A program made the position numbers and the translations under genes. DNA of 63,564 bases, filler included, from Coriobacteriales bacterium (lineage in GTDB: Bacteria > Actinomycetota > Coriobacteriia > Coriobacteriales > UBA8131): the NCBI GenBank assembly GCA_031263105.1. It is 6 parts of 6 records of this genome, joined end to end, with 100 filler letters (N's around TTAATTAATTAA, not from the genome) between each part and the next. Parts side by side here need not be neighbours in the genome. Positions count along the whole stretch, not along the records: positions 10,902 to 36,778 come from JAISGJ010000029.1; positions 36,879 to 49,034 come from JAISGJ010000180.1; 4 more parts are not named here. One strand, 5' to 3'. Numbering within the stretch: the stretch's first letter is position 1; each line of letters opens with the position of its first letter. Under the pieces are notes generated by a model. That model was not told the origin of the DNA and searched no databases. It worked only from the letters and a program-made list of their open reading frames with translations. This document shows positions 29,059-38,807 of this stretch, in pieces.

Positions 29059-29412
29059 CTACGGCTTGAAGATGCTGACCTTGTGACCGATCTCGGCAGC
29101 ACGCTTGGCAAGCTCGTCTATGGGGCCGTACTCGATGCACTTTGCCAGGCAGTGATGCACGCAGGTCGGCTGCTTGCCAACGTCAAGGCGCTTCGCGCAC
29201 AAGTCGCATTGGGCAGTCGGCACGGGGATGTACTTCCAGTCCCACGCGTCCGAGTTGCCCTCTTCGAGCTGATAGGGGCCAAGCTCCAGCACGACGATGC
29301 CGGGCTTCTTGGCGATATCGGTCCCGAGGTAGTTCTTGCATGCCACTTCGCACGTATGGCAATTGGAGCAGTACTTATAGTCGAACAGAAGAGCGTAGTC
29401 TTCGTATGCCAT
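29059..29412 (-). CDS. 4Fe-4S ferredoxin-type subunit of the molybdoenzyme
   Basis: CSNCHTCEVAC, CDLC, PTCVHHC. Confidence 0.9.
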   Translation of the reverse strand: MAYEDYALLFDYKYCSNCHTCEVACKNYLGTDIAKKPGIVVLELGPYQLEEGNSDAWDWKYIPVPTAQCDLCAKRLDVGKQPTCVHHCLAKCIEYGPIDELAKRAAEIGHKVSIFKP

Positions 29413-29443
29413 TGTTCCAACCTCCTTTTCTGGTGTTCAGACG

Positions 29444-31858
29444 TCAGTCCAAGTTCCTGTGCCAGGCATGGAGCTCGACGAGGTTGTTGAGGTCAACGCC
29501 CTCCTCCTTGACGAGCTCGTCCTGGTCCTTGACGATATCGTAGGACTTCTTGACCACAAGGTCGTCAAGGTTATCGACCTTCTTGATGGAGCAGAAGACG
29601 CTCTTGAACGGAGCGCCGAAGCCAAGGCGGCCGATATCGAAGTGCGGCACCAGGTTGTTGACGTTGGACTTCCAGACACCGAAGAGGTTGGGCTCCTCGC
29701 CGTCCTGCTCGGGATACCACCAGCCGTGACGGGTATGGACCACGCGGGGGTCGATGGTGATGACGAGGCTTGCCTTCTGGCGGGCGCGCCCGAAGGGGTT
29801 CTCGACCTCTACCCAGTCGCCTTCCTTGATGCCGTACTTGGCAGCGGTGTCGGGATGGATCTCGATGTCCGGATACTCGCGGAAGTGACGCAGGGTCGGA
29901 TACATACGGTGCTCGGAATGGAAGGTGTTGTACTCGCGGCTGCCGGAGGTCATCATGAACGGATACTTGTCGGCAAGCTCCGGGTGGCTGATGGGGCTCC
30001 AGCGCGGCTCCTCGTAGTAAGGCATGGGATCCTCGCCCCAGGCCTCGAACAGGGTCGAGTACAGCTCGACAAGGCCGGTGACGGTGTTGAAGCCCTGCTC
30101 GCCGTCGAAGCGCAGCATGCCCTTCTCGTACTTGCGATAGTCATATCCGGGCTGATACAGACCGATGTGGCGCAGCTCGTCGAAATCGAAGCCGAGCTGG
30201 TCGACCGTCTGTTTGCTGAAGAAGTCCGGCACGAACTTGTCGCGCGTGTCGCCCTCGAAGATGTCCCACGTCGAGGTGCCGTCAGGGCCGGCGTTGTTGA
30301 GGCGCTTGCCGAACTCGATGCAGATCTCGACGTCCGACTTCGTCTCGCCGACGCGCAGCGCCTCGTTCATCGCGCCCAGGAAGACCGTGTTGCGGCCATA
30401 GTGGGTGATGACGATGCCGTCGTGCTCGGCGACGGTGGGCAGCGGCAGGAAGACGTCGGCGCAGGCCATGGCCGTCGGGGTCATGGTGAGGTCCTGCACG
30501 ACGTTGAAGTCCGTCTTGATCAGCGCGTCGTGCCAACGGATGGGCGCGGCCGAGCAGGTCGGTGCCAACAGGTTGGACGAGTTGAACCAGACCATGTGGA
30601 TCTGGTAGGGCTTGCCTGTCTCAAGGACGTCGAGCGTGTAGTCCGGGTGGGTGGTCGCCATCGCGTTGGACAGCGCGGGATACTCGCCGGAGCCGAGACG
30701 CTTGTCCCAGAGGCCCGGGGTGACCTCGAGGTCCTTGCGGGTCTCCATGCGCCACTTGCCCAGAAGGGCCGACGGGGGACCGAGGGTCAGGCCGCCGGGG
30801 ATGTCGAGGTTGCCGGTGATGGCCTGCAGGGCGATGGTGATGTGGCCGACCTGCGTGCCGTTCGGGTTCTGGTCGACGGCGAGGCCCCAGGCAATGGAGA
30901 CGGGCTTGAGCGCCATCAGGCGGGCGACCTTGCGAATCTGCTCGGCGGGTGCCCAGGTGTACTCCTCGACCAGCTCGGGCGTGTAGAGCTTGGCGCGCTC
31001 TGCGAACTCCTCGAAGCCGAAGCACCACTTCTCGACGAACTCGTGGTCGTAGAGGTCCTCCTCGATGATGACGTTCGCGAGGCCGAGGCCGATGGCCGCG
31101 TCGGAGCCGGGCTTGATCTGGAGGTTGATGTTGCCCTCCATGGCGCCCAGCCAGGTGATGCGCGGGTCTATCATGATGATTCTCGTCCCAAGCTTCATCA
31201 TGTCGATGAGGGCATGGCCGAACAGGCCGTCACCATTGGACGACAGCGGCATCTTGCCCCAACAGACCACGTACTTGGGAAGCTCGAACTCAGGATTGTC
31301 ATAGCGGTCCTCGAAGTAGCCGGCGAAGTCGATCTCGGGATACCCGGCGCCGAGGATGTAGTCGGTGATGGAGCAGCGGGGGCCGTAGCAGGACCACCCG
31401 GACTGGGCGTAGCAGACGTTGGGGGTCTGCAGGGTCGAGAAGCCCAGCGGGTAGTAATAGATGCAGGCCTCACGGCCGGTGCCGCCGAAGACGAGGATGG
31501 ACTCCGCTCCGTACTCCTCCTTGAAGTAGTTGACCTTGCCGCACACCAGGTCGAAGGTCTCGTCCCAGGAGATGCGCTCCCATTTGTCCTTGCCGCGGTC
31601 CTCGCGGGCGCGCTTCATCGGATAGACGATACGCTTGTCGGAATGCACGATCTCCGGCAGGTCAAGGGCGCGTATGCACAGACGGCCGTTGGTGATCGGA
31701 TGCTCCGGATCGCCCTCGACGTCTATGAGCTTGCCGTCCTTGACGGTCAGCAACAGGCCGCATCCCACCGGATGGTCGCCGGGGGGCGACCAGCAGCTGG
31801 AGCGAACGGTCACCGACCCGTCCGGATTCTCACGCTTCCACTCTTTACTCATTGCCAT
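29444..31858 (-). CDS. Bis-MGD (DMSO reductase family) oxidoreductase, acetylene hydratase/catechol dehydroxylase-like clade
   Basis: CWSPPGDHPVGC..GRLC, RIVYPMKR, SCYGPR, FHSEHR, IHPDTA, HGWWYPE; no Tat signal. Confidence 0.9.
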   Translation of the reverse strand: MAMSKEWKRENPDGSVTVRSSCWSPPGDHPVGCGLLLTVKDGKLIDVEGDPEHPITNGRLCIRALDLPEIVHSDKRIVYPMKRAREDRGKDKWERISWDETFDLVCGKVNYFKEEYGAESILVFGGTGREACIYYYPLGFSTLQTPNVCYAQSGWSCYGPRCSITDYILGAGYPEIDFAGYFEDRYDNPEFELPKYVVCWGKMPLSSNGDGLFGHALIDMMKLGTRIIMIDPRITWLGAMEGNINLQIKPGSDAAIGLGLANVIIEEDLYDHEFVEKWCFGFEEFAERAKLYTPELVEEYTWAPAEQIRKVARLMALKPVSIAWGLAVDQNPNGTQVGHITIALQAITGNLDIPGGLTLGPPSALLGKWRMETRKDLEVTPGLWDKRLGSGEYPALSNAMATTHPDYTLDVLETGKPYQIHMVWFNSSNLLAPTCSAAPIRWHDALIKTDFNVVQDLTMTPTAMACADVFLPLPTVAEHDGIVITHYGRNTVFLGAMNEALRVGETKSDVEICIEFGKRLNNAGPDGTSTWDIFEGDTRDKFVPDFFSKQTVDQLGFDFDELRHIGLYQPGYDYRKYEKGMLRFDGEQGFNTVTGLVELYSTLFEAWGEDPMPYYEEPRWSPISHPELADKYPFMMTSGSREYNTFHSEHRMYPTLRHFREYPDIEIHPDTAAKYGIKEGDWVEVENPFGRARQKASLVITIDPRVVHTRHGWWYPEQDGEEPNLFGVWKSNVNNLVPHFDIGRLGFGAPFKSVFCSIKKVDNLDDLVVKKSYDIVKDQDELVKEEGVDLNNLVELHAWHRNLD

Positions 31859-31982
31859 AACATGAACCTCCTTAAGATCTGCTTTGGCTCTGACACACAT
31901 GCATACTCACGTTCGACCGGCGGGCCCGTCGGCACTCGGTCGGCGGGCCCGCCGATGCAAAACCTACTCCTACTTCCTACTC

Positions 31983-32195
31983 CTACTTCTTACCGCCCTT
32001 GGCAATCTCCATGCCAGCAAAGATGAAGAAATGGATGAAGGGCAGCACCAGGGCCAGGATCATCAGGGGCAGCCTGACGGCCACATAGCCAGGGTTACCC
32101 GCGAAGGCGATCGGGCAGAAGATGCAGACGATCAACATGTAGGCCAAGATCACCATCATGCTCCAGAACGCCACACTGTTCTCTTGCTTTTCCAT
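31983..32195 (-). CDS. Small 2-TM membrane protein
   Basis: Two hydrophobic segments; lies between MFS and molybdoenzyme. Confidence 0.65.
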   Translation of the reverse strand: MEKQENSVAFWSMMVILAYMLIVCIFCPIAFAGNPGYVAVRLPLMILALVLPFIHFFIFAGMEIAKGGKK

Positions 32196-32273
32196 ACGTA
32201 GCTCCATTCCGCCGCGTCACAGCGGCACAATCAGTGAGGGAAAATAGCGCGCTACTGCTCTCGCACTGCTCCC

Positions 32274-33818
32274 CTACGCCTCCACGGTCTCGGCAACGAG
32301 CGTGTCGAGGTCCTTGCCGCTGGTCTCGCGACGGACGAAGACGATGGTGCAGAGCAGGCCGATTGCAGCGGGAGCCAGCAACAGGAGCATGATGTTGTTC
32401 CAGTTCCCTGCGAAGATGGGCGTGATGGCACTGAAGACGATGGGCGCTGCGGCACCGCCGAAGCGCGCGAACGCCTGGCACCACGACACGCCCGTGTTCC
32501 TGACGAGCGTCGGATAGCTCTCGGGCATCAGCGGCTGGACGCCGGTGATCGCGAAGTTCATCGCGAAGCCGATCAGGAAGAACAGGAACATGCAGTAGGC
32601 GAAGGCGCCCGGGCCGACCGTCAGCGCGAAGATCACGACGGCAACCATCAGGAATATCCAGGAGAAGATAAGGGTCCGCTTCCTCCCGAACCGGTCGGAC
32701 AGGAAGCCGACGGTGACGTTCGAGCAGATGGCGGCGACGTTGTTGAACGTCTGCATGGCCGACGCCTGCTGGGGCGTGTACTCGAAGCCCGTCATCATCG
32801 GGACCATCCACGGGTTGAGGCCGTAGACGAATACCTGGCCGATGAAGTACATGGTCCAGATCGCCGCAGTCGCCACGATGAAGTTCCTCGTGAACAGCAC
32901 CTTGGGGCTTGCGCTCTTGAGCTTCGGCGGGACGACGAGGTTGGCGACCTCGAGCTTGCCGATGCTCACCTTGCTCTGACGCCCGGCGAGGTCGTTGAGG
33001 CGCGCGACGGCCTTGTCGGCGAAGCCGGCGTTCGCATACCAATGCGGGGTCTCCTTCATGAAGAGGCCGAGCAGGACCCCGTACAGGACGGGGATGACGC
33101 CGATCAGATAGGCAACACGCCAGTTCTGGGTCTGTCCCTCCAGGACCGAGCCGTCAGCGCCCGTGAGCGAATAGATCTCCCCTGCGCCCGCAGGTGCGAA
33201 CGGGATGACGATGGGGTCATGGATACCGTTGAGGAACGTGATGACGAGGCCGGCGATGACCCAGCCGAAGACCATGAAGGCCATACCGAAGGTGACGAAG
33301 ACGCCACGGTTCTTCGAGGGGATGGTCTCCGAGAAACAGGTCGTCACCACAGGGATGCACGAGCCCACACCAAGACCGGCGATGAACCGGGTGGCCGCGT
33401 AGAACGCGAAGTCCGTGGCATAGGCCTGGGGAAGCGTGAAGGCGCCATAGAAGATAATGGCGATCACGAGCATCTTCTTGCGGCCGATCTTGTCGGAGAC
33501 GATGCCGCCGATGGCACCGCCGATGACCATGCCGAGAAGGCCCCAGGACGATATCGAGCTGCCCAGGGCCTGCAATTGGGCCCTGCCGTCCGCAATGGCG
33601 ACGATCGACGTGTCGGTCGGATTGCCGCCTATGGCAACAAAGTGCTGCAGCGTGTTGGCCACGTTCGCGGTCGTCTGGCTCGCGACCATGAAGTCGTAAC
33701 CGTCGAAGATCATCGCCAGCCCAAGAAAGGCGAACATGGCCCAGGTGAACTTGCTGATGCCCAGGCTGTCGATGACATCGGATACCGAAAACTTCTTCCC
33801 TTCAAAAAGTCCTGACAT
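32274..33818 (-). CDS. MFS transporter, aromatic acid:H+ symporter-like
   Basis: IFDGYD, SDKIGRK, SDRFGRK, PESYPT..RNTG. Confidence 0.88.
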   Translation of the reverse strand: MSGLFEGKKFSVSDVIDSLGISKFTWAMFAFLGLAMIFDGYDFMVASQTTANVANTLQHFVAIGGNPTDTSIVAIADGRAQLQALGSSISSWGLLGMVIGGAIGGIVSDKIGRKKMLVIAIIFYGAFTLPQAYATDFAFYAATRFIAGLGVGSCIPVVTTCFSETIPSKNRGVFVTFGMAFMVFGWVIAGLVITFLNGIHDPIVIPFAPAGAGEIYSLTGADGSVLEGQTQNWRVAYLIGVIPVLYGVLLGLFMKETPHWYANAGFADKAVARLNDLAGRQSKVSIGKLEVANLVVPPKLKSASPKVLFTRNFIVATAAIWTMYFIGQVFVYGLNPWMVPMMTGFEYTPQQASAMQTFNNVAAICSNVTVGFLSDRFGRKRTLIFSWIFLMVAVVIFALTVGPGAFAYCMFLFFLIGFAMNFAITGVQPLMPESYPTLVRNTGVSWCQAFARFGGAAAPIVFSAITPIFAGNWNNIMLLLLAPAAIGLLCTIVFVRRETSGKDLDTLVAETVEA

Positions 33819-34057
33819 TATCCCTCCTTCAAAAAGAGTGCCTGCACGTACGCTCCGCATTGAAAGGCCCCACCTGGACAGGTCGTTCCTGTGCGCTCGG
33901 GTTGCAGCCGGACCTCCTACTTGCCCAAGCAGACGTCTGAAAACACGGAGTAGAGCGGGGGGTTCACCTCCTCCAAGGAACTCGATGTTGCGTTGTAAGA
34001 AAATTGATTTGCCTGTCCGATTCTAGAGGGGATGCGTGCAGGAATCCAGCGACATAT

Positions 34058-34171
34058 TCATACGCTGGAATTGATTTGGGCATATCCGCCATCATACGCT
34101 ACGGTATAAATCGTTCCCTGGCAGGCAGAGCGGGGCCTTGCCCGTATCGAAATATCATACGCAGTATATGA
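34058..34171. promoter_or_regulatory. Three TCATACGC boxes in the divergent MFS/LuxR intergenic region
   Basis: Copies at 34058, 34092 and 34155. Confidence 0.5.
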
Positions 34172-34526
34172 CTGTGCTCCCTTGCCCGGCGATGGAAGCC
34201 ATTGTATAGTGGGAGGCGTTCCGAGGGTTGCAGTTGTTACAAGGTTCTCCTAGAGGAAGCTCGGTGCGCAGGAGTGCGCGGGCCTGTGTGGGTCAGCCTG
34301 TCCGCAGCGCTGGTTTCGCATGGACTTGTCTTCAGGATGGGAGGAGGTGGTAGCGCCCACAGAGCGAGTCATCGAACCTACATCGAAGGGGGCCGTCTGA
34401 CGGGGACTGCCCCCTTTATGCTCTATGAGCAGTTGCTCTGAGTGGTTGCTGGCGGCGGGCGGTGTGGGGCATTATACGTGTTCAGTGTTCAGACGCATTG
34501 CGATTCCCGAAGGGCAACTTGGCCAC

Positions 34527-36215
34527 ATGCTCAAGGACTTCAGAGAAAACCGCGTTTTCAGGAAACTCTTCCTCGACAACGACCGGCTCATCGACCCGAG
34601 CATGGTGCTCGGCTTCGGCTTCCACCTTGCGTGGGGCTACATGGTCGTCTATATGGCCTTCCCCTCGTTCGTCTTCGACGGCCAACCGATCGAGACGCTC
34701 TTTCGGAACCTGAACAGCATCACCTGGGTGGTCTCGATCGTCGTCATGCTGTTCATGGCATGGACCCTCAACCAGATCACCTATACCATCCGCAGACAGA
34801 ACCTGCAGATAAGCATCGCCTGCATGATGTCCATCGGCACCATCTTCCTGTTCGTCGCCGAGTATGTTCCCTTTATCCCCCTCATCGTCGCAGGCAACGT
34901 CCTCGCAGGAGCTTCCTCCGCATTCCTCTTCCTCATCTGGGGAGAGGCGTTCAGGCGCCAGGAGACCCCTTCCATCGCGGCGAACACGATACTGAGCTGC
35001 ATCGTCGCATTGCTCAGTTATGGGATAATGGCGGTCCTTCCCACGGACGTGACCAGCGCCGTCCTCTGCATCATGCCCCTGTTCGTCGTCACGGGCCTGT
35101 TCTTCGTCCTGCACGGCGGCAACGCGTTCTTCGGCAAGCAGGAGTTCCTCATCAACGACGAGGGGCAGCGCATGCCCATCTTCGGCATACGGGAGGTTCC
35201 CACCTTCCGCAAGCTCAGGGTGCACAGAGGCAAGCTGATGATCCGCCTCGCCATCCCGAGCTTCCTGTTCGGTGTGGCCTTTGGGCCCTTGACCCTTCAG
35301 ACCTTCACCTTGATACGGGAGCAGGCCGCATCGTCGACGAACCTGATGGTCACGATAGCAGGCGCCTGCGCGGTCGCGGTCGCCCTCGTCATCACCTTGC
35401 TGATCATCAACCGCGACGAGGACTACATGCGGTTCTACCGCTTCATCATCCCGGTTTTGGCCATCACGGTCTTCTTCATCAACTTCCTGGAAGACGGCCT
35501 CACGCTCAACCTGTTCACCTTCGTGACCTTCATCTGCTTCTCGTTCATGATGTGGGTGGAGTTCAGCGAGCTTTCGCGGCGCTACCGCATATCCCCCATC
35601 CTGATATTCGGTTTTGGGAGGGCGGCGGCAGTGACCGCGCAGTTCATCAGCATCGTCGTGCTGGAGACCCTCCATATCGACCAGTTCTTCTCCGCCAACG
35701 GGAACGTCCTGAGCACCCTTCTCATCCTGGCGATGCTCCTGGGCTACTTCTTCCTGCCCCGCGACAAGGCCATCCGGGAGATGGCCATCATGGACTACCT
35801 CGACCCCGCAAAGGCGAACGCGGAGGACTCGGGCCCGAAGGAGGCAGGCAAGGGGCGCTTCATCGTCCGCTGCGAGCACGTCGCGAACACCTACCTGCTC
35901 TCAAGCCGCGAGGCCGACGTGCTCTACCTGCTGGCCAAGGGGCGCAACGCGGCCTATATCGCCCAGAAGCTCTTCATCTCCGAGGGAACCGTCCATACGC
36001 ATACCTGGCGCATCTACCGCAAGATGAACGTGCATGCGCAGCAGGAGCTCATGGACCTTGTGGACAGTTACTTCGTCCACGACGACGGGCGGGTGGAGAA
36101 GTCGCCGAAGCGCCTGGACGCGCAACGGCCTTCCGGGCCTTCCGGGCCTTCCGGGCCGTCCGCTCCGTCCGAGGCGGAGCCGCAGACGGAGCGCAAGGCC
36201 AAGAAACGGGGGTAG
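34527..36215 (+). CDS. Transmembrane (about 12 TM) LuxR-family one-component regulator
   Basis: MFS-like hydrophobic N-domain plus LSSREADVL..GRN..IAQKLFISEGTVHTH..IYRK. Confidence 0.92.
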   Translation: MLKDFRENRVFRKLFLDNDRLIDPSMVLGFGFHLAWGYMVVYMAFPSFVFDGQPIETLFRNLNSITWVVSIVVMLFMAWTLNQITYTIRRQNLQISIACMMSIGTIFLFVAEYVPFIPLIVAGNVLAGASSAFLFLIWGEAFRRQETPSIAANTILSCIVALLSYGIMAVLPTDVTSAVLCIMPLFVVTGLFFVLHGGNAFFGKQEFLINDEGQRMPIFGIREVPTFRKLRVHRGKLMIRLAIPSFLFGVAFGPLTLQTFTLIREQAASSTNLMVTIAGACAVAVALVITLLIINRDEDYMRFYRFIIPVLAITVFFINFLEDGLTLNLFTFVTFICFSFMMWVEFSELSRRYRISPILIFGFGRAAAVTAQFISIVVLETLHIDQFFSANGNVLSTLLILAMLLGYFFLPRDKAIREMAIMDYLDPAKANAEDSGPKEAGKGRFIVRCEHVANTYLLSSREADVLYLLAKGRNAAYIAQKLFISEGTVHTHTWRIYRKMNVHAQQELMDLVDSYFVHDDGRVEKSPKRLDAQRPSGPSGPSGPSAPSEAEPQTERKAKKRG

Positions 36216-36222
36216 GGGCCTC

Positions 36223-36411
36223 TCAGTCCTCCTCGATATCCTCTATGGCGCCCATGGGGCACTCCTCCATGCACTCCCCACAGGCAGAACACTCGTCCTC
36301 GTTCACGACGGTCGCGGCATCATGGACGATGTCGAGGACGCCCTGCGGACAGACATCGACGCATATCCCACAGGCGGAACACTCATCCGCATTGATGATT
36401 GGATGTGGCAT
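36223..36411 (-). CDS. 2x[4Fe-4S] ferredoxin
   Basis: Two CxxCxxCxxxCP motifs in 62 aa. Confidence 0.93.
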   Translation of the reverse strand: MPHPIINADECSACGICVDVCPQGVLDIVHDAATVVNEDECSACGECMEECPMGAIEDIEED

Positions 36412-36600
36412 GCATACTCCTTTCGATGGGGTTCGCCGCACCGACGATGATGAGGCCCCCTGCGCACACTGTTTTCAACCCGCCCGGAATATATATGAAA
36501 GGCCTGTGCTATGCAAGCTACTTTCTGGAAAATGTTGGGCAGGGACGGCAACGGAATAGCAACAGTGCGCCCGTATCGCAGGTTTCTTGCGCGGCCACCC

Positions 36601-36774
36601 GTTACTGTACACACCCCCACTGTCATTCCGAGCCCCGCCGTGGAATCTTTGGACACGCAGTGTCCAACGGCAGGTCGCAGGGCCCTTCGACCAGCGGTCG
36701 ACCGCTGGCGCGGTCGAAGATCTCTCGGCAGGCTCGGAATGACAGTGGGGTATCCGTGGGGCGTGAACTGTAAC
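36601..36774. repeat. Palindromic GTCATTCCGAGC-family repeat
   Basis: Same termini and GCGGTCGACCGC core as other copies. Confidence 0.9.
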
Positions 36775-37039
36775 GCATNNNNNNNNNNNNNNNNNNNNNN
36801 NNNNNNNNNNNNNNNNNNNNNNTTAATTAATTAANNNNNNNNNNNNNNNNNNNNNNNNNNNNNNNNNNNNNNNNNNNNTTGCCCGGATACCGCCACACAC
36901 ACCCGCACAACCCCCCCCCCTGCTGGGCGGGCGCCGCGCCGCGCCGGCCCGGGTAACCCCCCCCCCTGTACCGGCCCCGTTCCCCCCCCCCCCCCCCCCC
37001 CCCCCAGCCAGCCATCAACCCTTCGGTTGCGCTCAGGGC

Positions 37040-37390
37040 AGGTTCCGGGGCGATGCCCCGCAGCCCGCTGTCATCCCGAGCGGAGGGGCCGCAGGCCCCG
37101 CAGCCGAGGGATCTTTGGCCACGAAGTGGCCAACCCATGCCGGGAGCCCGCGCAGCGGGCGACACGAGGTTCGCCGCCGCACACAAGATGCCGTCGCGCC
37201 CTCACGAGCGCTCTCAGCGAAGGCGGGCGCTGCCGCGCCCGCAGATCCCTCGGCTGCCGGGCCTGCGGCCCCTCCGCTCGGGATGACAGCGGGCTGCGGG
37301 GCCTGCGGCCCCTCCGCTCGGGATGACAGGGGGCTGCGGGGCCTGCGGGGCCTCCGCTCGGGATGACAGCGGGCTGCGGGGCATCGCGAC
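37040..37390. repeat. Variant palindromic repeat with triplicated right end
   Basis: CGCTGTCATCCCGAGCGGAGGGGCCGCAGGCC and three CCTCCGCTCGGGATGACAG units. Confidence 0.8.
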
Positions 37391-37412
37391 GGGGCGGCAG
37401 CGGCCGCTCTCC

Positions 37413-38486
37413 TCATGCGAACTCGCCCATGCGGCGGCTTGCCCCGTCGCGGCCGTAGCGCACTGCCGTGATCTCCGCGAAGACGGCCAGGGCTATCTCC
37501 TCGGGGGAGCGCCCGCCGAGGTCCAGGCCTATCGGCCCAAAGATGCGCGCAAGGCTGGCGGGAGGGACGCCGCGCTCGGCCAGCGCCCGATGGCGTTGAC
37601 GCTGCGTCGTCGGGCGTCCGAGCGAGCCTACATAAAAGGCAGGCGAGGCCACGGCAAGCTCCAGGGCGGGGACGTCTATCTTGGGGTCGTGGGTCAGCAC
37701 GCAGACGGCGGTCTCGCGGGTCAGCGCAACCTCCTTGAAGGCCTCCTGCGGCCATGCGTGAAGGAGCGTGTCGACATGGGGGAAGCGCGACTCCGTGGCG
37801 AACAGCCCGCGAGGGTCGATCAGGGTCGTCGCATAGCCGAGCGGATAGGCGATCTGGGTGAGGAAGACCGCCACGTGCGTGCCGCCGACGCAGACGAGCT
37901 GCGGACGCGTGCGCTCACGTGAGAACGAGAACCCCAGCAGGCCTCCTTGCACGGCGACCTCGACAAAGCCCGAGGTCTCGCTGAAGGGGATCTCCGCGAA
38001 GGCCGCCTGCAGGGCGCGGGTCGTCTCACCGTCGAGCGCGGAGTAGAGCAGGCCCTCGGCATCCATGAGGACGGCCTTCCCGAGCAGCTCCTCGCTGCCT
38101 GCGGCCAAGGTCAGCCGAGCGTAGCCCCGGTCGTCGTCCAGGGCCTGCCGCTCGGCGCGATGGCGCTCCTCGTCAAGCATCTGGACGAGCACCTCGATCT
38201 CGCCGCCGCAGGAGAGCCCGACGTCCCAGGCCGCCTGATAGCTGGCCGTGAAGGAGAGGAGCCGGGCCTTCCCTGTCTCAAGGACCTCTGCGGCCGCTCG
38301 GGCGACGGCGCCCTCCACACAGCCGCCGGAGACGGAGCCCACCATGTCGCCCTGTGCCGTGAAGGCCATCATGGCCCCTACGGGACGCGGCGAGGAGCCC
38401 CAGGTGCGCGTCACGGTCGCTATGGCTATGGCTGCGCCTGCGGCAAGCCAGGCATCGAGGGTGTCAGCGATCGGCTTCAGGGTCAT
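37413..38486 (-). CDS. xdhC: XdhC/CoxI-family Moco chaperone
   Basis: TWGSSPRPVG, GSVSGGCVE, GLSCGG, THDPKID, PIGLDLGGRSPEEIA. Confidence 0.93.
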   Translation of the reverse strand: MTLKPIADTLDAWLAAGAAIAIATVTRTWGSSPRPVGAMMAFTAQGDMVGSVSGGCVEGAVARAAAEVLETGKARLLSFTASYQAAWDVGLSCGGEIEVLVQMLDEERHRAERQALDDDRGYARLTLAAGSEELLGKAVLMDAEGLLYSALDGETTRALQAAFAEIPFSETSGFVEVAVQGGLLGFSFSRERTRPQLVCVGGTHVAVFLTQIAYPLGYATTLIDPRGLFATESRFPHVDTLLHAWPQEAFKEVALTRETAVCVLTHDPKIDVPALELAVASPAFYVGSLGRPTTQRQRHRALAERGVPPASLARIFGPIGLDLGGRSPEEIALAVFAEITAVRYGRDGASRRMGEFA

Positions 38487-38776
38487 GGAGCGTCGGGTGT
38501 GGAAGGCGCGGGGGCGGCCGTCGAGCCCGCCTCCATATCCGTTCCCTCCGACTGTGTGGAACGTATGACCTTTCCTGCCTCCGTGTCGGTGACGGTCGGC
38601 GAGGTGCCCGTCTCGACGCTGTCGTTGTCGACGCTGATCGGCAGGTCCTGCTCCTGGGAGTCGGACACGCCGCTTGGGGCGCCACACGCCGCCAGCGTCA
38701 GGCAAAGAAGCAGCGATGCCGCCGCCAAAGCAAGATGTCTGAGGTACCTCTGTGCACTCATACTGCGTGTACTCAT
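38483..38776 (-). CDS. Small lipoprotein
   Basis: Signal peptide with lipobox LAAC; acidic Ser/Thr tail. Confidence 0.6.
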   Translation of the reverse strand: MSTRSMSAQRYLRHLALAAASLLLCLTLAACGAPSGVSDSQEQDLPISVDNDSVETGTSPTVTDTEAGKVIRSTQSEGTDMEAGSTAAPAPSTPDAP

Positions 38777-38807
38777 ATCCAGTCCTCTCGTGAAGCAAAT
38801 CGGGGGT

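Noticed and set aside
29459..32026. Long antisense ORFs (also 6005-8473, 44411-46936, 8973-10853)
   Set aside because: Shadow frames of real genes, expected in high-GC DNA
33820..34000. Moco riboswitch or leader peptide upstream of the MFS/Mo operon
   Set aside because: Extra GGAGG motifs are present but no recognisable conserved structure or convincing ORF; needs a covariance-model search
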